Assembly: GCA_028875655.1 (NCBI GenBank)
Contig: JAPPCX010000085.1
Location: 9,887-73,886, forward strand
Length of the DNA: 64,000 nucleotides
Origin: Chloroflexota bacterium
Lineage (GTDB): Bacteria; Chloroflexota; Dehalococcoidia; Lucifugimonadales; UBA3495
Direction: 5' to 3'
The notes under the pieces are model-generated. The model saw nothing but the letters and a program-made list of their open reading frames with translations, ran no database searches and was not told the DNA's origin. A program made the position numbers and the translations under genes. Positions 9,841 to 17,742 of this stretch are shown here, one piece after another. Each line of letters opens with the position of its first letter. The stretch's first letter is position 1.

Positions 9841-9873
9841 AGTAGCCGCCCAGCACAACGGCCCGACCCTGAT

Positions 9874-10104
9874 TCAGCGAGGCAGCGTCTCAGTCGGAGA
9901 AACCGAGCCGCTTGGAATCTGCTCGTAAGAGAACGCCGGAATAGCCATACGGGTACTGGCGTGTTCGATGGTCAGAGCGCAAAGACGGCCGGCGGTGTCC
10001 AACTCCAAAAGCGTGTCCCCGCCCAGGTCGCGGGTTTCATCAACCTCGGCCGGATAAAGCTCGATGTACAGAGTATCGGTATCCGCAAAGTATTTGACGT
10101 TCAT
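9874..10104 (-). CDS. DUF2283 domain protein
   Basis: MNVKYFADTDTLYIELYPAEVDETRDLGGDTLLELD matches the DUF2283 pattern. The alternative upstream ATG at 10158 would overlap the preceding gene by 38 nt. Confidence 0.7.
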   Translation of the reverse strand: MNVKYFADTDTLYIELYPAEVDETRDLGGDTLLELDTAGRLCALTIEHASTRMAIPAFSYEQIPSGSVSPTETLPR

Positions 10105-10120
10105 GGCCTGAACCCGGTTC

Positions 10121-10963
10121 TCAAACCGCCACCCCAGGCCACTTCCCACGACGCGCATCTTGCAATGCCTCTATGAGGGCAGGTGCCGGCTCTTGATATG
10201 CCTTGTATATCTTTTCGACACACTCAGCTACGGAACTAGCGAAGAGTTCCTGAATAGGCCAAGGGTAATATAGGGCGGAGAGTTCATATCCTTTCCTTTC
10301 GCCGTTTTTGTCGACAAATCCGAAGTACAGCGTCCATACATACGAGTTTTCTTTGGCCGTGATGATAGCGCCCGCCCAATCCATGGGCTCGATTGGATCC
10401 GTTATCCAGACTTCAAAACGGCCGTCGTCAAGGGGCAAGATTTGATACCCGGCTCCGGCTATGGACATGTCCAAGATGCCCGCCCATGGCCAAGTCCTCA
10501 CATCACCAAGCCAATCTTCTGCAACCGACGTAGCAGCCAATGAATCAAGATAGAGTCGCCGCATTTCGAATCTGACGGTTTGGCCGCCCTTGAGACGTTC
10601 GGCAGAATACCTGACATCCTGAAAAGTGCCTCCGTCGTACTCGATAAAGTTGAGAGATTCGCCCCGTTTCGCTTCAATCTCTTCCTGTGCATCCACAGGG
10701 ATTTTACCCCAGAGATCCTTCAGGCTGTGTCCATAAGGTGACTTATCGTCAAAGTAGATCTGGTAGATCAGTTTCAGCGCCGCCTCCGCCAACCGTATCA
10801 GAACTTCTTGCGTAAGCAAATTCCATCCGTATAGGACTCTATGATCTTCAATCTGCACTGTGGCATCTTCTAAATACTTACAAGCTTGAAGCCTACCCAT
10901 GATTTCAGCGAATTGCAACTCTGCCTGCTGTCTTGTTTCTTGGGATATTTTCTTTTGCGACAC
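10121..10963 (-). CDS. Hypothetical protein with an N-terminal HEPN-like domain and an unknown C-terminal domain
   Basis: AEAALKLIYQIYFDDKSPYGHSLKDLWGKI ... FQDVRYSAERL resembles the PF05168-type HEPN pattern (aE.aLK ... tHdL..L ... RY). The gene is markedly AT-richer: counted lines give 40-43% GC against 70% in the adjacent gene. Confidence 0.55.
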   Translation of the reverse strand: MSQKKISQETRQQAELQFAEIMGRLQACKYLEDATVQIEDHRVLYGWNLLTQEVLIRLAEAALKLIYQIYFDDKSPYGHSLKDLWGKIPVDAQEEIEAKRGESLNFIEYDGGTFQDVRYSAERLKGGQTVRFEMRRLYLDSLAATSVAEDWLGDVRTWPWAGILDMSIAGAGYQILPLDDGRFEVWITDPIEPMDWAGAIITAKENSYVWTLYFGFVDKNGERKGYELSALYYPWPIQELFASSVAECVEKIYKAYQEPAPALIEALQDARRGKWPGVAV

Positions 10964-11032
10964 AATTTACCTCATCAAATCGCCAAAGGTCTGTTTCTTG
11001 TGTATTTCAACACTCAGCTTGCAGATGCTCCG

Positions 11033-12487
11033 TCACGCCGCCATCCCCATCTCCCGCAACCGCGCCACCAGGTATTCCTGCGGCCTGTCCCCCTTCACCC
11101 GGTTGCAGTGCGCGCACAGCAGTTGCAGGTTGTCGATGTGGTCGGTACCGCCGCCGGACTGTGGGATGACGTGGTCAACCTCCAGATGGCGGAACTCAAA
11201 CGCCGACCGGCATCCGTTGCACCGCCCTTCCTGCTGCCCAAACAGCACGTGCTTGTTCTGGCGGTAGGGAATCGGCGCGTCAATATCCGTCCGCCGTGGA
11301 ATATCCGTCCGCGCCGTAACCAGCCGGTTGTGAAACAACTCCCCCATGGTCTGCTGCAACCGCATATTGACCAGCTCCACGGCCTTGGGCGATATGTCAA
11401 TCCCAATCCAGCGCCGGCCCAGGTTCTCGGCGGCCACGCACGCAGTAGCGCACCCACAAAACGGGTCCAGCACCACGTCGCCCTCGTTGCTGCTGGCCCG
11501 AATGATGCGCTCCAGCAACGCCAGCGGTTTCTGCGTCGGGTAGCCGATGCGCTCGCGGGCCTGGGCACCGATAGGGGCGATGTCCGTGATAATGTCCTGA
11601 ATCTGGACACCTTCGCCTTCGTGCGTGTATCGCTTTTGTTGCGGGACTGAGCCGCGCTCTGGCCAGTACACCAGCCCTGCCTCGTCCAGCAGGTCCAGCT
11701 TTTCCTGAGTAGAAAGAGCTCCCAGGCTAAGTTCAGGATACGCGGATTGCAACGCAGATAATGGAACTGCCCAATGACGCCCGGAAACATTTGGGTCAAC
11801 GCCTTTCCAAGGCATTCCCGAATCGCCGGTACGTGTACCAGCTCCAGTTAGCGTAACCAACCGGTAACGGCCCCGGTCGTCTTCAAAACGGTAATACCGG
11901 TCTAAGTAGGCAATGTCGTATTCCTGATAAACGCGGTTCCACAAGTAACCGTCGGATGCCGAATAAAACAAAATCGTGTCGTGGATCGGCCCCCACCGTT
12001 TGGAACCGCCATGAGAGCCGGTCCGTTTCCAACCTATTTCGTTCCTGAAGTTACTTTGCCCGTAAATACTGTCCATCAGCATCTTCAGGTAGTGGCTCGC
12101 CGTCGGATCGCAATGCAGGTAGATGCTGCCCGTATCCTTCAGCACCCGCCGCATTTCCAGCAACCGCACCGCCATCATGCACAGGTACGACTGCATCCCC
12201 TTGCCGTGCGTCAGGCCCGCCGTTTGCAATACCTGGTACATCGCTCCGCCTCCGGCGGACTCGTCGGCAATCAACCCCATCCACGCCACGTCCAAATCCG
12301 ACAGCGTCCACGTGTCCTTGAACGCCGCGCCCGCCGCCGCCGAACCCACTGGCGCGGCGTAGTTCCGGTTCGAGTTGAACGGCGGGTCCAGGTAAATCAG
12401 GTCAACGCAGTCCGAGTTGATCCCCCGCAGGATGTCCAGGTTATCGCCCGTCCAGACGGTCTTGTCGGCAAAATTAGGCGTCGTCAT
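11033..12487 (-). CDS. Beta-class N4/N6 DNA methyltransferase fused to a C-terminal HNH endonuclease domain
   Basis: Motif IV LIYLDPPFNS lies near the N-terminus and motif I VLDPFCGCATACVAAENLGRRWIGIDIS comes later. The C-terminus carries CNGC...HLEVDHVIPQSGGGTDHIDNLQLLCAHCNRVKG (HNH). Confidence 0.9.
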   Translation of the reverse strand: MTTPNFADKTVWTGDNLDILRGINSDCVDLIYLDPPFNSNRNYAAPVGSAAAGAAFKDTWTLSDLDVAWMGLIADESAGGGAMYQVLQTAGLTHGKGMQSYLCMMAVRLLEMRRVLKDTGSIYLHCDPTASHYLKMLMDSIYGQSNFRNEIGWKRTGSHGGSKRWGPIHDTILFYSASDGYLWNRVYQEYDIAYLDRYYRFEDDRGRYRLVTLTGAGTRTGDSGMPWKGVDPNVSGRHWAVPLSALQSAYPELSLGALSTQEKLDLLDEAGLVYWPERGSVPQQKRYTHEGEGVQIQDIITDIAPIGAQARERIGYPTQKPLALLERIIRASSNEGDVVLDPFCGCATACVAAENLGRRWIGIDISPKAVELVNMRLQQTMGELFHNRLVTARTDIPRRTDIDAPIPYRQNKHVLFGQQEGRCNGCRSAFEFRHLEVDHVIPQSGGGTDHIDNLQLLCAHCNRVKGDRPQEYLVARLREMGMAA

Positions 12488-12546
12488 GGCCCGATTTTAG
12501 CACAAATGCACACCCGCTCAATCCGAATCCGGCGGACGACATTCCG

Positions 12547-13182
12547 GTGACGCTTCCCCCTTGCCGCCAGCGCTCCCTCGTCCGTACCATATTAACTAAC
12601 ATCCCAAATCCTACCGCCACCCAGGCCGCGAGCCGTTCAATGCCCACGTCCAAACACCGCAAACATCGCTCACCCAAACCCGCTCATCTGCCCGTCAAAG
12701 CCACTGACAACGCCCTCAAAACGCCTCTTCCGGCGCCCATTCATCCTCCCGACCCGCCCTCGGTCCTTCCTGCATTAGCGGAAGTGAGAGGAAACGAGCG
12801 GGAAATCGACCTTTCCAGCCTTTCCCCTCGCCAGCAGGCCGCTCTTCCCATCGTCGCCTGCTTCCCCACCATCGTCCAGGCCGCCCGCGCCGCTGGGGTC
12901 GGTGAGTCCACCCTGCGACGCTGGCTCACCGACCCCGCCTTCAGCGGCTGCCTCGCCGAACTCCGCCGCCAGTCCGCCAACCTCGCCCGCCGGAAACTTC
13001 TGGAACTCACCCCACTCTGCGTCTCCGTCCTCGCCGACGCCATGCGCGACCCCGACCCGGCCATCCGCCTCCGCGCCGTCAACTACGTCTTGTCCTTCAA
13101 CCTCCGCGCCGCCGAACTCGAAAACCTCCGCTCCAACCTCGAAAACCTCGAAACCGCCGTAAGCCTCCTCCAACAACCCTGA
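12547..13182 (+). CDS. Hypothetical HTH-containing protein (possibly phage-derived)
   Basis: IVQAARAAGVGESTLRRWLTDPAF is a helix-turn-helix-like segment. The N-terminal ~70 aa are Pro-rich and low complexity, so the start is uncertain (for example ATG at 12640). Confidence 0.5.
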   Translation: MTLPPCRQRSLVRTILTNIPNPTATQAASRSMPTSKHRKHRSPKPAHLPVKATDNALKTPLPAPIHPPDPPSVLPALAEVRGNEREIDLSSLSPRQQAALPIVACFPTIVQAARAAGVGESTLRRWLTDPAFSGCLAELRRQSANLARRKLLELTPLCVSVLADAMRDPDPAIRLRAVNYVLSFNLRAAELENLRSNLENLETAVSLLQQP

Positions 13183-13255
13183 ACCCCAAATCCTGCCATT
13201 CCCAATCCCCAATCCCATCCATCCTGCCGCAGGTCCGCCTCTGGCGGTTTCATCC

Positions 13256-13609
13256 ATGCAAAACTCCCCCTCTCGAGGTAATCCCATGACCATCTCCCAA
13301 ATCCGCCGCCGCGTCAACGCCCTCAACCGCCGGTTCGCCCCCGAACTCGCCATCATCAGGCTCCGCCGCCTCGCCCAAGCCGTCAGCGACGACTGGGACC
13401 CCGACCAACCCCCGGAGCCCCACGACGTCATCCAGCGCGTCGCCAAAGCCGGCTTCCGCCTGCCCACCTTCATGCGACTCCGCCGCTACCTCGACGACAC
13501 CATACGTCAGGGTGATGTACCCGAGCCTGAGTGCATCGTCCTCGACCTGCTGCCCTGGGCCGGCAAAGACCGCTACCGCGCATTCTTCCGCTGGGAACTC
13601 CCCGCCTGA
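13256..13609 (+). CDS. Hypothetical protein
   Basis: 117-aa ORF co-directional with the HTH gene. No family recognised. Confidence 0.4.
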   Translation: MQNSPSRGNPMTISQIRRRVNALNRRFAPELAIIRLRRLAQAVSDDWDPDQPPEPHDVIQRVAKAGFRLPTFMRLRRYLDDTIRQGDVPEPECIVLDLLPWAGKDRYRAFFRWELPA

Positions 13610-13711
13610 AGCCCCACGCGCTAATCACCTCCGTTATCGCCAGTGGTGATGACGGTTATCACTGCTTGTGGTAACCTTGCCGGACCACATCATTCTTGGA
13701 GGAGAAGCACA

Positions 13712-15157
13712 ATGTGCGCCATGGTAAAGACTCGCAACGGCCTGACCGTTACCACTTCGTCCCCAGCCGCGGCCGACCTGTATCAGGAAGGTCTTGATCT
13801 GGTGCTTTCGCAGAACTATGGGCCGGAAGAAAAGATTCGGGCCGCCATTGACGCGGATGACGGCTTTGCCATGGCCAACGTCGTGCTGGCCTACTCCCTT
13901 CACTTGCAGACCAACGTGCCGGCCGCGCGCGAGGCCGCGAATCGAGCCGTCGATCTGTCCGCTGGTCTCTCGCAGGAAGAGCGACAATCGGCGCAGATTA
14001 TGCACTGCTTCACCCACGGCAAGGGCGCCGAGGCCATCAAACTCATCCACGAGCATCTTGCCGAGTTCCCCACCGACACGCTGGCCATGCGCGTGGCCCA
14101 GCGGCTCTACATGCTGGGCTGTTTCGGCGCCGGCGTGCCGGACTTCCCCAGTCACCTGATGGCCTTGATGCACAAGGTCGCCCCCGCCAACGGCGAGGAT
14201 TGGGCGTTCCTGGGTCAGTATGCGTTCGCCCACCACGAGACCAACCAGCCCGAAAAGGCCATGGACCTGGCGCTGCGCTCGCTGGACGGCAACCCGCAGA
14301 ACGCGGTGGCTTCCCACTCCGTAACCCATTCCTACTTCGAGCAGGGCGACGCTGCCACCGGCGGCGCCTGGCTGGCCAACTGGCTGGATGGTTTCGACCG
14401 CCGCGCGGCGTACAACACCCACCTCTCCTGGCACCTGGCCCTCTTTGAACTGGCGCAGGGCAAATACAACCAGGCGCTGGACCTGTACGAGACCCACATC
14501 AGGCCCGGCGTTCAGGCCCGCAATCTGGCGAACTTGCAGGACGCGGCGTCGCTGATGTGGCGGTTGCAGATCTATTCGGGCGAACAGCCGGCCAAGCCGT
14601 GGGACGAGGTTCGAGACATGGCGCTGCCCGCCGCCGATGGCCCCGGCGCGGCCTTCCGGGACTGCCACGCCGCCCTTGCGTTCGCCGGCGCCGGCGATGC
14701 CGAGGCCACGCAAAGGCTGGTGGACCGCCTCACGTCGCAGGGTGAAAAGGGCGACGACCTTTCCCGCGAAATGACGCTGCCCATCGCCCTGGGCGCGGCG
14801 GCATTCGTGGCCGGGGACTACGACGAGGCGGCCGACCTGATGGGGCCGACCTACCCCATGCTGGCGCGCATCGGCGGCAGCCATGCTCAGCGGGAGGTCT
14901 TCGAGGACACCCTGCTCGAAACCTGCATCCGCGCCGGCCGCTACGACGACGCCAAGGATATGCTGGACGAGCGCCTCTCCCGCCGTTCGTCAGTGAGGGA
15001 CACCTACTGGTACGGACGCCTGGAGGCCGAAGCGGTGCAGGGCAGCGCCGAAGCATCCCGCGAACTCCTGGTGCGGGCGAGGGCTGCCTGGGCTCCCACC
15101 GCCGACGAAAGCGCAACCGAGTTGCAGCGCCTCGCGTCCAGCCTGGACTGCGGCTAA
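13712..15157 (+). CDS. TPR-repeat protein (TTC38-like)
   Basis: All-helical repeat protein. GGAGGA lies 8 nt upstream of the ATG at 13712. The track start at 13643 is probably too far upstream. Confidence 0.7.
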   Translation: MCAMVKTRNGLTVTTSSPAAADLYQEGLDLVLSQNYGPEEKIRAAIDADDGFAMANVVLAYSLHLQTNVPAAREAANRAVDLSAGLSQEERQSAQIMHCFTHGKGAEAIKLIHEHLAEFPTDTLAMRVAQRLYMLGCFGAGVPDFPSHLMALMHKVAPANGEDWAFLGQYAFAHHETNQPEKAMDLALRSLDGNPQNAVASHSVTHSYFEQGDAATGGAWLANWLDGFDRRAAYNTHLSWHLALFELAQGKYNQALDLYETHIRPGVQARNLANLQDAASLMWRLQIYSGEQPAKPWDEVRDMALPAADGPGAAFRDCHAALAFAGAGDAEATQRLVDRLTSQGEKGDDLSREMTLPIALGAAAFVAGDYDEAADLMGPTYPMLARIGGSHAQREVFEDTLLETCIRAGRYDDAKDMLDERLSRRSSVRDTYWYGRLEAEAVQGSAEASRELLVRARAAWAPTADESATELQRLASSLDCG

Positions 15158-15163
15158 AACAAG

Positions 15164-15197
15164 CCCGTAGGGGCGAATAATTATTCGCCCCTACGGG
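15164..15197. terminator. Perfect 34-nt palindrome (family B, CCCGTAGGGGCGAATAATTATTCGCCCCTACGGG); candidate bidirectional terminator
   Basis: Lies between convergent genes, and its right arm contains the last codons and TAG stop of the exonuclease gene. Related GGGGCGGG...CCCGCCCCTAC hairpins occur at 38009 and 51871. Confidence 0.6.
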
Positions 15198-16060
15198 AGC
15201 CTATCGAGCAGGGATTCCAGCCCCAGTGACTGGCAGAATTCCTCAAGCTCCGGCAGCCGGACGCCCGTCCAGCGCAACTGCTCCGGATCGGTCTCCGGCA
15301 ACGGCACGTCCAGCCGCAGCCTCGCCAGTTGACGATAGAGCAGGGCGTCGTCCATGCGCTCCGCCAGCCCGGAGGCCAGCGCGGGCGCGCCCCGGATTTT
15401 CAAGCCCCAATCACCGGCGTCCGCCGGTATGGCCTCAATGGCGCCGTATTCGCTCAACACGGTGGCGGTGGAACGCGCCCCCCAGCGGGGGATGCCGGGG
15501 ATGCCGTCGGCGGAATCGCCCACCAGCGCCAGGTAGTCGGGAATAGCGGCGGGTGTAACGCCGAACTTCTCAATGACGCCGGCCTCATCCATCACCTCAC
15601 CCTTGCGGCGGTCCAACGCCACCACCCGCTGGCCGGACACCACCTGCGCCAGGTCCTTGTCGGGAGAGCACATCAACACCTGCTCCACAGCGTCGAACTG
15701 GGCGAACCGGACGGCGGCAGCGGCGATGGCATCGTCGGCCTCGAACTCTGTCATGGGCCACACCGTCAGCCCCAGGGCTAAGGCCATCTGCTCCGCGAGG
15801 GGGAATTGCGCCAGCAAATCGGGTTCCACCCCGTCGCCGGTTTTGTACCCATCGAACAGCTCGTTGCGGAAGGAACGGATTACGGAGTCAAACGCCACAC
15901 CCACATGAGTAACGTCGGGCTGGTTGAGCAGCGCGATGAGCGACTGGGCCAGCCCATGCGTCGCCTTGACGTCCCTGCCATCGGGGGCAGCGCGCCCCGG
16001 CCGCGGCGAGTAGTGGGCCCGAAAGAGTTCGTAGGTCCCGTCAACCAGGTGAATCTTCAT
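15191..16060 (-). CDS. 5'-3' exonuclease (FEN / Pol I N-terminal domain-like)
   Basis: MKIHLVDGTYELFRAHY at the N-terminus, acidic clusters (EADD, GDSADGIPG) and an H3TH region. Confidence 0.85.
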   Translation of the reverse strand: MKIHLVDGTYELFRAHYSPRPGRAAPDGRDVKATHGLAQSLIALLNQPDVTHVGVAFDSVIRSFRNELFDGYKTGDGVEPDLLAQFPLAEQMALALGLTVWPMTEFEADDAIAAAAVRFAQFDAVEQVLMCSPDKDLAQVVSGQRVVALDRRKGEVMDEAGVIEKFGVTPAAIPDYLALVGDSADGIPGIPRWGARSTATVLSEYGAIEAIPADAGDWGLKIRGAPALASGLAERMDDALLYRQLARLRLDVPLPETDPEQLRWTGVRLPELEEFCQSLGLESLLDRLP

Positions 16061-16141
16061 AACGGGGTCGCCGTCCACCCGCGGTTAGGTGGCGACAAGC
16101 TTGCGGGCGGCGGTGGTTGCCATGGGGACCTCCCTGCTGGG

Positions 16142-17719
16142 TCAGTCCAGGTAGCGGTAGCCGGGCAGGGTCAGGAATTCGATGAAGTCTTCGGACAGGA
16201 CGATCTCGTCGAGGAGTTCCACCGCTTTATCGAGTGAGCCGGCGTTCTCCTGCCCACGCTGTTCCACCAATGCGGCGGCCTCTTCAGCCCTCACCTGCCG
16301 ATACAACTCGGTGGTGACCGGTCGGCCGTCGTGCAGCGACGCGCCGTGTCGTATCCACTGCCACAGCTGCGAGCGGGAGATTTCGGCGGTGGCGGCGTCT
16401 TCCATCAGGCCGTAGATTGCCACGGCGCCGTTGCCCCGGGTCCAGGCGTCAACGTACTGCAATGCCACGCTGACGTTGTTGCGGAGTCCGGCCTCGGTGA
16501 TCTGGCCCTCCGGAACCGCCAGCAGGTCGTCAGGCGCGATGCGCACTTCGGGGATCACGGACAGTTGGTTATCGGTGGAAAAAGCGGATTGGAAAACGTC
16601 GAGCACCGGAGGTACGAGGCCGGGGTGGGCTACCCACGCGCCGTCGAAGCCCTGGTCGGCTTCGCGCTGCTTGTCGGAACGCACCTGGGCGAAAGCGGCT
16701 TCGTTGGCCGCCTCGTCGTCGCGGCGCGGGATGAAAGCGGACATGCCGCCCAACGCGTGGGCCCCGCGGCGATGGCAGGTGTTCACCAGCAGGTGCGCCG
16801 CCGACGTGAGGAAATGCGTGGCCATGGTGACCTGCGCGCGGTCGGGGAAAACCATATCGGGGCGGTTGTTGAACACCTTGATGACGCTGAAAATGTAGTC
16901 CCAGCGGCCCAGGTTCAAGCCCGCCGGCCGCTCACGGAATTCGTAGAGGATCTCTTCCATCTCGAACGCGGCCAGGATGTGTTCAATGAGCACCGTAGGG
17001 CTGATGCTGCCGCGGGGGATGTCGAGCCGTTCCTCGGCGTAGTTGAACACGTCGTTCCACAAACGCGCTTCCAGATACGATTGGAGCTTGGGCAGATAGT
17101 AGTACGGTCCTGTGTCATGGCTCTGCTGGGCGACCCGGTTGTGGTATATGGTCAGGCCGAAATCGAAAAAGGAGCCGGCGACGGGTTCGCCGTCCACCAG
17201 CACGTGACGCTCCATGAGGTGCAATCCACGCGGACGCACACAGAGGGTGGCGGTTTCATCATTCAACCGGTACTGGCGACCATCGGCGGCCTCATCGCTA
17301 ATGGTACGGCGATAGGCGTCGCGCACGTTGAGCTGGCCGTCCAACGTAGGCAGCCAGGCCGGGGAATGGGCATCCTCAAAGTCGGTCATATAGACCTGGG
17401 CGCCGCAGTTGAGCGCGTTAATCACCATACGCCGGCTGGATGACGGGCCAGTGATCTCCACGCGCCGGTTGGTCAGATCGGCCGGGGCCAGTTGCACCCG
17501 CCAGTCGCCTTCGCGTACCGCGCGGGTCTCCGTCAAAAAGTCGGGCGTGGCGCCCGCGTCGATCTCCGTCTGCCGGCGCTTGCGAGCATCCATCAACCGC
17601 CGGCGCGTGGTTTCAAAGTGACGGTGCAGTTCGGCGACAAACCCAAGGGCGTCGTCAGTAACAACTTCGGCGTGCTGCGCCGGCACGGGGCCGAGAATCT
17701 GAACTTTGCTATCTGCCAT
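16142..17719 (-). CDS. aceB: Malate synthase A
   Basis: 525 aa with full-length resemblance to AceB, including DFEDA (MTDFEDAHSP), GRWDYIFS and the C-terminal region. Confidence 0.92.
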   Translation of the reverse strand: MADSKVQILGPVPAQHAEVVTDDALGFVAELHRHFETTRRRLMDARKRRQTEIDAGATPDFLTETRAVREGDWRVQLAPADLTNRRVEITGPSSSRRMVINALNCGAQVYMTDFEDAHSPAWLPTLDGQLNVRDAYRRTISDEAADGRQYRLNDETATLCVRPRGLHLMERHVLVDGEPVAGSFFDFGLTIYHNRVAQQSHDTGPYYYLPKLQSYLEARLWNDVFNYAEERLDIPRGSISPTVLIEHILAAFEMEEILYEFRERPAGLNLGRWDYIFSVIKVFNNRPDMVFPDRAQVTMATHFLTSAAHLLVNTCHRRGAHALGGMSAFIPRRDDEAANEAAFAQVRSDKQREADQGFDGAWVAHPGLVPPVLDVFQSAFSTDNQLSVIPEVRIAPDDLLAVPEGQITEAGLRNNVSVALQYVDAWTRGNGAVAIYGLMEDAATAEISRSQLWQWIRHGASLHDGRPVTTELYRQVRAEEAAALVEQRGQENAGSLDKAVELLDEIVLSEDFIEFLTLPGYRYLD

Positions 17720-17742
17720 GTTTGTCTATCCCATCGCAATTG

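Noticed and set aside
9727-10176. ORFs translating through repeat elements, such as 9727-10176(+), 34305-34811(-), 41390-41635(+), 41524-41712(-), 61795-62064(-) and 62012-62584(+), which give peptides like IPAFAGMT or [16 protein letters not shown].
   Set aside because: These peptides are the well-known artefactual translations of the palindromic intergenic repeats. The ORFs lack start signals and overlap better-supported genes or non-coding spacers.
9870-13620. Calling the MTase/HEPN region, or the 46.1-48.4 kb region, a mobile element or prophage.
   Set aside because: No integrase, transposase, terminal inverted or direct repeats, or tRNA target could be identified. Only compositional deviation and gene content suggest horizontal origin, so these regions are reported as findings rather than mobile_element features.
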